Below are positions 1-12,324 of a DNA stretch of 64,000 bases, in pieces. Position 1 is the stretch's first letter; each line of letters begins with the position of its first letter. The stretch spans positions 3,162,001 through 3,226,000 of the forward strand of contig CATNEN010000007.1 of NCBI GenBank assembly GCA_950097015.1. Reading direction: 5' to 3'. This stretch comes from Macrostomum hystrix. Its lineage: Eukaryota > Animalia > Platyhelminthes. The translations under genes were made by a program, and so were the position numbers. The notes under the pieces are model-generated. The model was given only the letters and a program-made list of their open reading frames with translations, made no database searches and was not told where the DNA came from.

Positions 1-615
1 ATAATTGGAAACTGTCCACACAAATTATTTAAACATTAAGTGCTCATATATTGTCAAATTCTAATTAAGAAATAAATAATAGCAGCTTTAGACGCACATT
101 TGAGGCTTGCTAACTAACCTAACTTCAGTATGAATATATAAATATTGGTTTGCTTTTGGTCCTGTAGTGATCAAATACCAATTTGGTTATATTGGTATTT
201 GATGTAATTTAATGCTGTAACTAAGTATCGAATTATTTTAATCTGCCAAGAATCTTAACTGTAAAAAATATAACCTACTCTGCCCTTGTTTAACATGCAT
301 TGCAACAATATACATAAAACTCTGTTTATTTTTCAGATTTTATTAAGTGAAATGCTGAATGATGTTAGCACTATTTTTGCTTCTATTCTGTACTTCAATT
401 TTTGTACTTCAAAACTATCTCTAGTTTACAGAAATATTTATCTGACAATTTGGAATTGCAAGACATTCTTATGCAATAAATTTTTGTTACTATGCATGCT
501 AAAGCACAGACAGATTAAGTTAGAATTATAAATTAGATTAACTTAAATGACAATTGTAACCATTTAATGCATGCTATTCTGCTTTCTATTAGAGATCAAA
601 ACAAAAATTTTCAGA

Positions 616-2308
616 ATGAGCAGCGTCAGTCATCAGCAGAAGGACTCCCAAAGCAGCAGCAGCAGCACCCAACCATCGATGTCGAGCGCAGCCTCTGGAA
701 GCAACAACTGCTCCCAGTCGGAGGACAATGCCAGCCAAGCCAGGAAGCCGCGCGGTCCTCGTCCCGCAGCGAAGCGACGGTCGCAAGATGTCGGCCAGAA
801 GCAGCCACATCAGCGCCAGCTGATTCGCTACGACCGCGACGCGCTACTGCAGATGCGCGATTCGCGCCTGTCATCCGCCTGGCCCAGAGCTCTAGACAAA
901 GCCTACGTGGGCGACGGCGGTCTGTGGGACCCAGTGAAGCTGTTCGAAGGAGAGCGCAAGATCAGCGTGTTCGAGGGAAAGACCAAGATTGAGAGAGTCA
1001 GGAACGGTGAGTCTAATGAAATATATAGTATTAATAATGAAGGAAATGTATTTTATTGCTTTAATCTTGTTTTGTTTCAGTTCGAGGAAGCACCATCCAG
1101 CCCTACAGTAGTGGGCAGAGCAATGAGGACAGCAGTTCTTTTGGAAGGTCATCTAGAAGGCGAAGTGAGTTAGATTTTGACTGCAGGTGGAACTAATGCG
1201 ACTGCCGTCGGGTGCAGTGGCTTTTTTAGTGCATTCGAACGTTTACTGTATTGGCCAAGTTGACACCGCCTAAGCCGGTTGGGCTGAGTTTGGAGGTGTG
1301 AAATTTCTGACGTTTGAACACCCATCCCCCTCCTGACCCAGCCTTGCGCTTGCGGCTGTAAGATGTACATCAAGAATGTACACTAAGGGGTCCCATTTTT
1401 TCTTTTGGTGAGGGTATAGGAATGAGGTCCGTATTTTGCAGACATGTTTATTTATTATCGCATTATTTCAACTGTGCCAACTCGCGTAGGAACTCCATCT
1501 CAAGCACCGCCTACGCCTAGACACGTTTCATCTCAGTTTTTCATAATTTAATATTTCGGTGAAATCTTTCTTGCTCCGTTCCGTTATATAAAGAACAATT
1601 TACACGATTCAGTACTGATCTCTCAGCAATAAGTAAGAAAATTTGTATCGCTTTGTATTTAAAAGTATTCATATAAGTTAGGAGTAATGAAGCGATGCAT
1701 ATAATCATTTGACATTTGAATCATTTCAATGTTGTATCCCTTATTTATATCCCTTTAAAGAGTTTAAAAAACTTTACTAAAACGAATCCCAGTTGTAAAT
1801 AATACTATTTCTAAGTAGTCTACATAGGCCTTCTGCGTTTCTAACAGAGCGCACGAAAGAAGAGGCCGCGTCCCCCGCCACTTCGTCCATGTCGAGGCAG
1901 CGCGGCTGGCCGTCAGCGGAGGTCGCAGAGCATCCGACGAGGCCGGAGTCGGAGAAGGAGAACAACAAGAAGGAGCTGCTGCCGCCTCCGCGATTCGGCG
2001 GCACAGGCGGTGGCGGAGGCTTCAGCCGGCGCATGGAGCGGCCGCCCCCAGCTGCGCGCGGAGGGCCCTCCGGCGGCCCCAGCGGCCAGTGGGAGCGAAG
2101 CCAGGGTCTGCGGGACCAGCAGGCCGGCCGCGGCTTCCAGGCCCAGCGGCACCGGGCTGGAGACAAGGAGGAGCTGCCCGCCTGGTTCGACGAGGGACCG
2201 CTGGACAAGATGGACAAGCTGGAGCTGACGGGCCTCCCGGAGGATGTAGAGATCGCAGAGGGCGACAACGGCAGCTGCCAACAGGAGCCCCAGACCGCTC
2301 CAACCAGT

Positions 2309-2345
<37 letters not shown>

Positions 2346-2526
2346 CTGTCAGTGGACTCGGACAGGGGGGCAGCTCAGCTTCGTCACGCTTCGCCAAGTG
2401 GTTGGCGTTGGATGAGCCGCAGCCGAAGACGCAGGAGGCCGAGACCGAAAACAGAAGCGGCGCCCAGCAGCAGCTCGAGCGCATCTTCCAGGACATGCGC
2501 GACAGACAAGGGCCTGATGCAAACTC

Positions 2527-2573
<47 letters not shown>

Positions 2574-4844
2574 AGAAGAAACAGCAGCAGCAGGAGGCCG
2601 CAGCCTCAAATGTTGGACCATCACTGATGCACCTCCTGCGTCCACCGCAGCCACCCGCCTCGCAGGCGCCACCGCGGCCGATGTACGCTCAGGAGGTGGA
2701 GGCGAACCTAAAGTCGCTGCTGTTCGGCTCCGCTGCAGCCGCCCCTCGAGCCAGCAGCGCGGCTTCCTCAGGCAGCTCGAAAATGCCAGTTCTGCCGCCA
2801 AACGGACAAGCGCGGACCCTCGAGGAGATCGAGAGCAGCCTGGGCGCAGCGGGCTCAGACCGGGGCTCGCGCGGCAGCAAGGATAGCCGGGCCATCTACA
2901 AGCTGATTGGCGACTTGCAGGTGCAAATGCATGACGCCGCTGCCGCGCCTGCAGGCGGTCGGCAGTCCTCGGTGCCGCCTCTGGTTCCAGCCTCCGCCCG
3001 CCAGTCTCAGCAGCAGCAGCAGCAGCAGCACCAGCACCAGCAGCAGCACCAGCAGCAGCAGCAGACGCAGCCGCCACCTCAGAAGCCTCAGCACAGACCA
3101 CTGCAGGCCACTGCTGCCCCATTTGTGGCTCAAAATCCACTGCCACCCCGTCTACAGCCGCAGCCGCAGCAGCCACAGCCGCAGCCGCAGCAGCCACAGC
3201 CGCAGCCGCAGCTGCCTACGTCTCTGCCTGCTGCTTCACCAATGTTCTCATCCGGCGTGTCTCCCGCAGCAGCCGCGGCAGCTCAGCGCCGTCTGCCGAT
3301 GCCACTGCAGGCCCAGCAGCTGCAGCAGCTCCAGGCCATGCTACTCTCCAACCTGCAGATGCAGGCCCAGATGATGCGAAATGGTCAGCTATCTGGCAAC
3401 TCTTCCAACAAGACTCACCCGCTCAGCAAGCTGCTGCCGCAGGTATGCCGCTCACGAATTTACTCACCTGCCCGAGTAGGATTGACGTGTGCTCAGATCA
3501 CTCAGATCAACCAACCTGCTTACTCACAGTAGCGTCTAATGAATTTATGATATCATGAGCTCTTCTCACCATTTCTGCTCACATCAGATTTAGCCACATC
3601 CTGATCCAACAAATAATCGCTTTCAGCAGCTCTTCTACAGGCCTTCGAATCCGTACCTGCAGCTTCCAGTAAGTGAAGTTCCGGTAGCGACCGCCCTGAC
3701 TCACAGGTTCTCTGCGGAACAGTGATTTTATTCCTCACATTGGGTCATAGCCGTTTCCCAATAGAAATCTATCTCGCGTTCTAAACTTTAGCTGATTTCT
3801 ACAATTTTCGTTTTCAAAGCCAATTTTACACCTCGAAACTGACATTGTAAAATGAATTATCGGATTTCAGTTTTTGCTTACATTTGCCTTTATTTCTGTT
3901 GAGAGATGTATGTATTCATTTCTTGTATGCTTTTCAACTCTTTTGATTACTAATTGCAGACATTCCGCTGGTACAGAGCCATGGTATGTGCCTTGCTCAA
4001 GCTGTGCTCAAGTGCCAGCTGTGAGCATGCTCACGGCAAGTTGCATTTGTTTTCTGTTTTGTTAAAAGCCGCATATCTGAACGGATAGCTCTACTTTGAT
4101 TGGTATCTTTATTATGCTAGTTGCGATTTAGTTTCTTATTTAAATAGCATGTTACTCATTAGTGTGTGCTGAAGTCCGTGAGAAGTAAGTTCACCACTTG
4201 CTCAACTCACTTACTCACTCCAGTGTTGTGCTCTGTCTGTCTGAATTCTGGCCGCGGTGTGGAAAGCCTAAGGCATATATTTTTCAAGCAGTTACTCTGT
4301 CTGTCTTGCTGTGTACACCGACCGCCTTCTCAGTTGAGTAGCTGTAACGCCCTCCCTCCTTCCGCCGTAGAACAATGCCCTGCAGGGCACCCGGCTGCTG
4401 AACCAGCACTTCAGCAGCCAGGCCAATCCGGCCGACTTTTCCGGATTCGACGCCGCGGAAGCAGCTGAAGCCGCCTCCGCCGCCGGCGCTGCCTTTCGCC
4501 GTCCGACCGTAGCCGCCGCGCCTCAATTGACGAGCTCCTCCTGCCCGCCGCAGCCGCCGATCGCGCAGCCGGCGATGCCGATCGTGCCGCCGATGCTGAT
4601 GTCGTCAAAGGCTTCGTCAGCAGCCGCCGCAGCCGCTAGCGCCGGACACCAGAGCTGGGGCGGCGCACACAACCAGCAGCTCAGCGCCATGCTGTGGAAT
4701 GCCACCAAACTGGCAGCCAGCGTCAAGTCCGCCAACCCCTCGGCTGGCTGGGGGCTGCAACGCGACCCGGCCGTGGGCACCGGAGCCGCTCAGCAGCAGC
4801 AGCCACCGCACGCCAAACCGGTGGACGAGATGCCCTCCGCCTGA
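616..4844 (+). CDS. EIF4ENIF1: eIF4E-transporter (4E-T/Cup-like), copy A; exons 616-1006, 1081-1164, 1848-3442, 4371-4844 (~847 aa)
   Basis: The four GT-AG exons splice in frame (2544 nt, ending in TGA). Motifs: canonical eIF4E-binding YxxxxL-phi (YDRDALL), then LWDPVKL (cf. 4E-T VWDPEKW), PAWFDEGP..LELTGL (cf. Cup-homology EPEWFSAGP..IELTGF) and SRFAKW (cf. SRFSRWF). The remainder is Q-rich and disordered. Confidence 0.88.
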
Positions 4845-6349
4845 GCACAGCCACTCATCTGCTCGCTTGCTCCTCGACACTGCTCCATGCAAACTGGTTT
4901 TCGCGTTCATCTGCCTCCAATCCCCTTTGTTGCTCACTACTGACCATCGACTCTCCCCGACTGTTCTCAAAGACTGCTCATGAGCCTCACGCGCTCTCTC
5001 TGTCGCGGTGTTTTTCCAGGTTGTTGCGTCGACCCGCCGCTTGGCATCAGAGTTCTCTCCTTTCTGCGAATAATTCCACCTTGTTTGGTTCTCGTCGGAA
5101 TATTGTGAAAGTCTCTTTTTAGTTTCTCATCTTTTACGTTGTCTCCCGTCTCGGGTGTCTGGTCCCGCTGCCCAGTGACGCCTGTTTAATTTCTCCCGCA
5201 TTATCCGCTTTCAGTTTGCTTTTCATTTTGCCTGTACATTTCACACCAGGCCATCGCAAGCCACCGTTTTAGTTTGCTGCTGGCGACAGGCTTTGTGACT
5301 CTCTTGCTTTCTCCCTCTGGAGCGGTCCGTCATCACCAATGACTAATTTTGGTTGCAAACAGACTCCCTCAGTCTCTCATAGGCGCTCGCTTCTAGCTAA
5401 ATTGTACCGATTTTTTGCATTTCGCTTCTTTGCTTTCTCCGCCTCCGGGCTGTGCGGACTTGGGGCTGCCTTGAGATTGAAGTTCAAGAGCCTTCAGTCT
5501 GTGAGCTCGGAGGTCGAGCTCATGTAGTAGCTTCGTGCAGACACATTTTGTTGCCTACCTTAGAGGTGATTAGTTATCGCAGCTCATTATCAGTTTGTGG
5601 ATTCTCATTTCCAGATTGTTTTTTTTTGTCCTCATTATCTGTTCCGGGGTCAACCTCGAGCACAGAGCCACAGTGGCTGCAGCTTTCCACTGCCTGCCGT
5701 CTCTCTGAGCTGCTCAGTGTGACCTTGGGATTCCTTCAGCCGGACAGTGTCCGAACTGTCCCTGGCCGGCCCGCACTCCCAGATGAAGTGCCGCCTGATC
5801 TCTGTCGAGGGAGGGGACACTGACACCTACCCAACCAGCTTGTCTCAACGTGACCCCGTTGATTTTTGCACAATGTTCTTCTCCTGCCTAGTTTTGGATG
5901 TTTGTTTGTCCGACTCAGGCAAGCAGACTCAAGCGCTTCTCTTGCCAGTTTTTGGCCCGCTCTCCTCTGTCCGCATTTTTGCTCAGTGTTTCATCTAACA
6001 GCAGCCCCAAGTCTCACAGCTCAGTTTTCTGTTGCACTGCGTCCTGAGTTGACCTGTGCCAACCTCCTAACTGCATCTGTACCAGCACACCTGTCTCCCA
6101 GTGAGCCCATAATGCTACTTTCAGTCTCCTCATAATACACGCTTACAGTTGGCCGAAATTTTGTCCGTCTGTTCCTTTTCAATCCACAACAACACAATGT
6201 GAGTGATTTGTCGAGTTCTCACTGATTTCTGCCGTGGGATTCGTCAGGAAGTTGGCCAAATTTGCCAAAGCTGCAATCAAGTTTTCCTCTGGAAATGTTA
6301 CTACCAGTCGTGGCACTTTAATTATGCTTCGAACGTTGGCTAGATATCT

Positions 6350-8005
6350 CGATAGCATGAGATGCTAAGGGAGTCATGGGGATAGCATGAGATGCTAACG
6401 GAATCTTGGGGATAGCATGAGATGCTAAGGGAGTCATGGGGATAGCATGAGATGCTTAGGGAATCATGGGGATAGCATGAGATGCTAAGGGAATCAAGGG
6501 GGTAGCATGAGATGCTAAGGGAGTCATGGGAATAGCATGAGATGCTAAGGGAGTCATGGGAATAGCATGAGATGCTAAGGGAATCATGGGAATAGCATGA
6601 GATGCTAAGGGAATCATGGGGATTGCATGAGATGCTAAGGGAATCAAGGGGGTAGCATGAGATGCTAAGGGAGTCATGGGAATAGCATGAGATGCTAAGG
6701 GAATCATGGGAATAGCATGAGATGCTAAGGGAATCATGGGGGTAGCATTAGATGCTATAAGGGAATCATGGGAATAGCATGAGATGCTAAGGGAATCATG
6801 GGGATAGCATGAGATGCTAAGGGAATTATGGGGATAGCATGAGATGCTAAGGGAATCATGGGGATAGCATGAGATGCTATAAGGGAATCATGGGAATAGC
6901 ATGAGATGCTAAGGGAATCATGGGGATAGCATGAGATGCTATAAGGGAATCATGGGAATAGCATGAGATGCTAAGGGAATCATGGGGGTAGCATGAGATG
7001 CTAAGGGAATTATGGGGATAGCATGAGATGCTAAGGGAATCATGGGGATAGCATGAGATGCTAAGGGAATCATGGGGGTAGCATGAGATGCTAAGGGAAT
7101 CATGGGAATAGCATGAGATGCTAAGGGAATCATGGGGATAGCATGAGATGCTATAAGGGAATCATGGGAATAGCATGAGATGCTAAGGGAATCATGGGGG
7201 TAGCATGAGATGCTAAGGGAATTATGGGGATAGCATGAGATGCTAAGGGAATCATGGGGATAGCATGAGATGCTAAGGGAATCATGGGGGTAGCATGAGA
7301 TGCTAAGGGAATCATGGGAATAGCATGAGATGCTAAGGGAATCATGGGGATAGCATGAGATGCTATAAGGGAATCATGGGGATAGCATGAGATGCTATAA
7401 GGGAATCATGGGAATAGCATGAGATGCTATAAGGGAATCATGGGGATGGCATAAGATGCTATAAGGGAATCATGGGGATAGCATGAGATGCTAAGGGAAT
7501 CATGGGAATAGCATGAGATGCTAAGGGAATCATGGGGGTAGCATGAGATGCTATAAGGGAATCATGGGGATAGCATGAGATGCTATTAGGGAATCATGGG
7601 GGTAGCATGAGATGCTATAAGGGAATCATGGGAATAGCATGAGATGCTAAGGGAATCATGGGGGTGGCATTAGATGCTATAAGGGAATCATGGGAATAGC
7701 ATGAGATGCTAAGGGAGTCATGGGAATAGCATGAGATGCTAAGGGAATCATGGGGATAGCATGAGATGCTAAGGGAATCATGGGGATAGCATGAGATGCT
7801 AAGGGAATCATGGGAATAGCATGAGATGCTAAGGGAATCATGGGAATAGCATGAGATGCTAAGGGAATCATGGGGGTAGCATGAGATGCTATAAGGGAAT
7901 CATGGGGATAGCATGAGATGCTATAAGGGAATCATGGGGGTAGCATGAGATGCTAAGGGAATCATGGGGGTAACATTAAATGCTATATGGGAATCATGGG
8001 GATAG
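6350..8005. repeat. 30-bp minisatellite (GGGATAGCATGAGATGCTAAGGGAATCATG) with 32-bp variants, left arm
   Basis: Directly visible tandem array; it gives the MIPLASHAIP pseudo-ORFs on the minus strand. Confidence 0.97.
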
Positions 8006-8764
8006 CATGTGAATCATCTCAACTAATGGCAGGCGTCTCTGGATGCACTTTGAGTATGATGACGTTGATTGAAGCCTTCAATTATCACTTCGGCACGGAT
8101 ATGTGACGTGATATTTAGCACCTATATGAGCTTTATATTACTTATACTTTGACACAGATACTATAAATTTCCTTTCATGCATATTTTTCCCTTTTCAAAA
8201 GACCTTACTGCATAAAAGTCGACGCAGCTCACACCTAACATGAAGATATTCGAAACGAGGTTTTCAAACTTTTATTCAGATTTTGTGAAATTGAAAATCA
8301 CAAAGCGAAGGCTGCATATTGATACCATGTGTACGTCTCTTCGTCTCGCCTTACTTTATGTCTGTTTGACTAGATGCACAACAGCAACCTCCGTCTTCTT
8401 CGATGGCAAAGAAGTAAAAGTATTTGTGAAGTACGGTGTGACATGAGGTGACAAAACTTTTGTTGGCAAATGTTGACAACAGTGACAGTATAGCTCAGGC
8501 TTAATTTTTAATCTACGAGTACAGAGGATATTGTAAGGTAGCAAATGAGCTAGCGCAAACAATATATATTAGTTTGATTACTTTAATTAATTGAATCCAG
8601 CAAATAATTGTTGGATTGATTGCGATTCTTTTGTCCGGTTTTTATCCAGCTGGACAGTCAGCCGGAGGAAAACCCAGATGGCGACCGGACTGAGGAAGGA
8701 TTTCCCTACTGGCATGTGTAATCCGGTTTTACGGTTTTCGGCACCGAATCCCCCTTCCCCATCG

Positions 8765-9112
8765 TCACCTCATCCCCCATCCCCAGCGGCACCTCATCCC
8801 CCTAACCAGAGGCACTTCATCTCCCCTACCCAGCGGCACCTCATGCCCCATCACCAGCGGCACCTCATCCCCCTTACCCAGCGGCACCTCATCCCCCTTC
8901 CGCATCGGCACCTCATCCCTCTTACCCAGCGGCACCTCATCCCCCTTACCCAGCGGCACCTCATCCCCCTTCCGCATCGGCACCTCATCCCTCTTACCCA
9001 GCGGCACCTCATCCCCCTTACCCAGCGGCACCTCATCCCCCTTACCCAGCGGCACCTCATCCCCCTTCCGCATCGGCACCTCATCCCTCTTACCCAGCGG
9101 CACCTCATCCCT
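8765..9112. repeat. 24-bp minisatellite (CAGCGGCACCTCATCCCCCTTACC) in the palindrome spacer
   Basis: Tandem array; 8-aa periodicity (QRHLIPLT) in ORF 8591..9148. Confidence 0.95.
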
Positions 9113-9124
9113 TCAGCAGGCGTG

Positions 9125-9500
9125 GCTGATCTCTGTGAGCAGTCTTGACTCCGTAAGGCATCCTAGTCCATCAGAGAATGCCAATCGGAGTGTTGATCGT
9201 GAACACTTCTCTGGCACGATTAACACTTCTGCCAGATCAAAACCAGCTCGATCTGGTTGCAGGGATTAGTAGGTCGACGGTAGCAAAGTGAGCCATGCCA
9301 ACCTGGGCGCAGAAGGCAGACTCGATGTTAGGCAGTATGAGTCTGCGCGGATCTTTGGGTTGACGCCGAACTTAGCAGAGCAGATCCGCAGATCGTTGTT
9401 CGGTATAACAACTATGGGAGATGCCCACTGCATGTTACTTCCTATTGGCGGGATATGCTCTAGTAATGCCGCTTTTCACAATTTTCACCAATCAGAAGAA
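9125..9500 (-). pseudogene. Decayed Ty3/gypsy-type LTR-retrotransposon reverse transcriptase fragment
   Basis: Manual minus-strand translation across frameshifts and a stop gives QWASPIVVIP..DLRIC..GVNPKIRADSY / PNIESAF..FATVDL / NQIEL..REVFTINTPIGIL*WTRMPYGVKTA. These are the N-terminal gypsy RT motifs in order (WASPIVVV, RIC, YPLPxIE, DL, TINTP.G, RMPFG). YxDD was not found. Confidence 0.8.
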
Positions 9501-9724
9501 GGCCTCAGGTATTCCACACAGCTCATCAGAATTTCGGCAGCCGTAGCCAAAATCGAAAATCCAACAGAAAAAACCAGAGCTGGATATAGGAAGTTTCGTC
9601 TGCAGGATATTCAAGTGTCTTAATACGTCGATGATGCAGCTTAGAGATCAGACAGCAGGGTTTGCGAGAAGCGTTGAAGTGTTTTTATAGAGCATCTGTT
9701 TTTACACTATATAAGATACCTATA

Positions 9725-10820
9725 ACATCTAATGCTATCCCCATGATTCCCTTAGCATCTCATGCTATCCCCATGATTCCCTTAGCATCTCATGCTATCC
9801 CCATGATTCCCTTAGCATCTCATGCTATCCCCATGACTCCCTTAGCATCTCATGCTATCCCCATGATTCCCTTAGCATCTCATGCTATCCCCATGATTCC
9901 CTTAGCATCTCATGCTATCCCCATGACTCCCTTAGCATCTCATGCTATCCCCATGATTCCCTTAGCATCTCATGCTATCCCCATGATTCCCTTAGCATCT
10001 CATGCTATCCCCATGACTCCCTTAGCATCTCATGCTATCCCCATGATTCCCTTAGCATCTCATGCTATTCCCATGACTCCCTTAGCATCTCATGCTATCC
10101 CCATGATTCCCTTAGCATCTCATGCTATTCCCATGACTCCCTTAGCATCTCATGCTATCCCCATGACTCCCTTAGCATCTCATGCTATCCCCATGATTCC
10201 CTTAGCATCTCATGCTATCCCCATGATTCCCTTAGCATCTCATGCTATCCCCATGATTCCCTTAGCATCTCATGCTATCCCCATGATTCCCTTAGCATCT
10301 CATGCTATTCCCATGATTCCCTTAGCATCTCATGCTATCCCCATGACTCCCTTAGCATCTCATGCTATCCCCATGATTCCCTTAGCATCTCATGCTATCC
10401 CCATGATTCCCTTAGCATCTCATGCTATCCCCATGACTCCCTTAGCATCTCATGCTATTCCCATGATTCCCTTAGCATCTCATGCTATCCCCATGACTCC
10501 CTTAGCATCTCATGCTATCCCCATGATTCCCTTAGCATCTCATGCTATCCCCATGATTCCCTTAGCATCTCATGCTATCCCCATGATTCCCTTAGCATCT
10601 CATGCTATCCCCATGATTCCCTTAGCATCTCATGCAATCCACATGTCTCCCTTAACATGTCATGCTATCCCTATGATTCCCTTAGCATCTCATGCTATCC
10701 CCAAGATTCCCTAAGCATCTCATGCTATCCCCATGACTCCCTTAGCATCTCATGCTATCCCCAAGATTCCGTTAGCATCTCATGCTATCCCCATGACTCC
10801 CTTAGCATCTCATGCTATCG
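9725..10820. repeat. 30-bp minisatellite, right arm (reverse complement of the 6350-8005 array)
   Basis: Tandem CATGATTCCCTTAGCATCTCATGCTATCCC units; source of the 350-aa repeat ORF 9662..10714. Confidence 0.97.
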
Positions 10821-12324
10821 AGATATCTAGCCAACGTTCGAAGCATAATTAAAGTGCCACGACTGGTAGTAACATTTCCAGAGGAAAACTTGATTGCAGC
10901 TTTGGCAAATTTGGCCAACTTCCTGACGAATCCCACGGCAGAAATCAGTGAGAACTCGACAAATCACTCACATTGTGTTGTTGTGGATTGAAAAGGAACA
11001 GACGGACAAAATTTCGGCCAACTGTAAGCGTGTATTATGAGGAGACTGAAAGTAGCATTATGGGCTCACTGGGAGACAGATGTGCTGGTACAGATGCAGT
11101 TAGGAGGTTGGCACAGGTCAACTCAGGACGCAGTGCAACAGAAAACTGAGCTGTGAGACTTGGGGCTGCTGTTAGATGAAACACTGAGCAAAAATGCGGA
11201 CAGAGGAGAGCGGGCCAAAAACTGGCAAGAGAAGCGCTTGAGTCTGCTTGCCTGAGTCGGACAAACAAACATCCAAAACTAGGCAGGAGAAGAACATTGT
11301 GCAAAAATCAACGGGGTCACGTTGAGACAAGCTGGTTGGGTAGGTGTCAGTGTCCCCTCCCTCGACAGAGATCAGGCGGCACTTCATCTGGGAGTGCGGG
11401 CCGGCCAGGGACAGTTCGGACACTGTCCGGCTGAAGGAATCCCAAGGTCACACTGAGCAGCTCAGAGAGACGGCAGGCAGTGGAAAGCTGCAGCCACTGT
11501 GGCTCTGTGCTCGAGGTTGACCCCGGAACAGATAATGAGGACAAAAAAAACAATCTGGAAATGAGAATCCACAAACTGATAATGAGCTGCGATAACTAAT
11601 CACCTCTAAGGTAGGCAACAAAATGTGTCTGCACGAAGCTACTACATGAGCTCGACCTCCGAGCTCACAGACTGAAGGCTCTTGAACTTCAATCTCAAGG
11701 CAGCCCCAAGTCCGCACAGCCCGGAGGCGGAGAAAGCAAAGAAGCGAAATGCAAAAAATCGGTACAATTTAGCTAGAAGCGAGCGCCTATGAGAGACTGA
11801 GGGAGTCTGTTTGCAACCAAAATTAGTCATTGGTGATGACGGACCGCTCCAGAGGGAGAAAGCAAGAGAGTCACAAAGCCTGTCGCCAGCAGCAAACTAA
11901 AACGGTGGCTTGCGATGGCCTGGTGTGAAATGTACAGGCAAAATGAAAAGCAAACTGAAAGCGGATAATGCGGGAGAAATTAAACAGGCGTCACTGGGCA
12001 GCGGGACCAGACACCCGAGACGGGAGACAACGTAAAAGATGAGAAACTAAAAAGAGACTTTCACAATATTCCGACGAGAACCAAACAAGGTGGAATTATT
12101 CGCAGAAAGGAGAGAACTCTGATGCCAAGCGGCGGGTCGACGCAACAACCTGGAAAAACACCGCGACAGAGAGAGCGCGTGAGGCTCATGAGCAGTCTTT
12201 GAGAACAGTCGGGGAGAGTCGATGGTCAGTAGTGAGCAACAAAGGGGATTGGAGGCAGATGAACGCGAAAACCAGTTTGCATGGAGCAGTGTCGAGGAGC
12301 AAGCGAGCAGATGAGTGGCTATGC

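Noticed and set aside
1007-1080. cDNA (retro)-mediated conversion as the cause of exon-only identity in 4E-T
   Set aside because: Intron 1, intron 3 and the first 9 nt of intron 2 are shared between the copies, which a spliced template would not produce.
3443-3532. ORF-track C-termini such as 4E-T ..VCRSRIYS.., CBR ..VSLLIAAALEQLLE and JPH stop at 63337
   Set aside because: These are read-through into introns past clear GT donors; the spliced models restore family-typical continuations.
8240-8446. 68-aa spacer ORF with LLYVCLTRC, reminiscent of helicase motif VI
   Set aside because: A single short motif with no other helicase motifs nearby is insufficient evidence.
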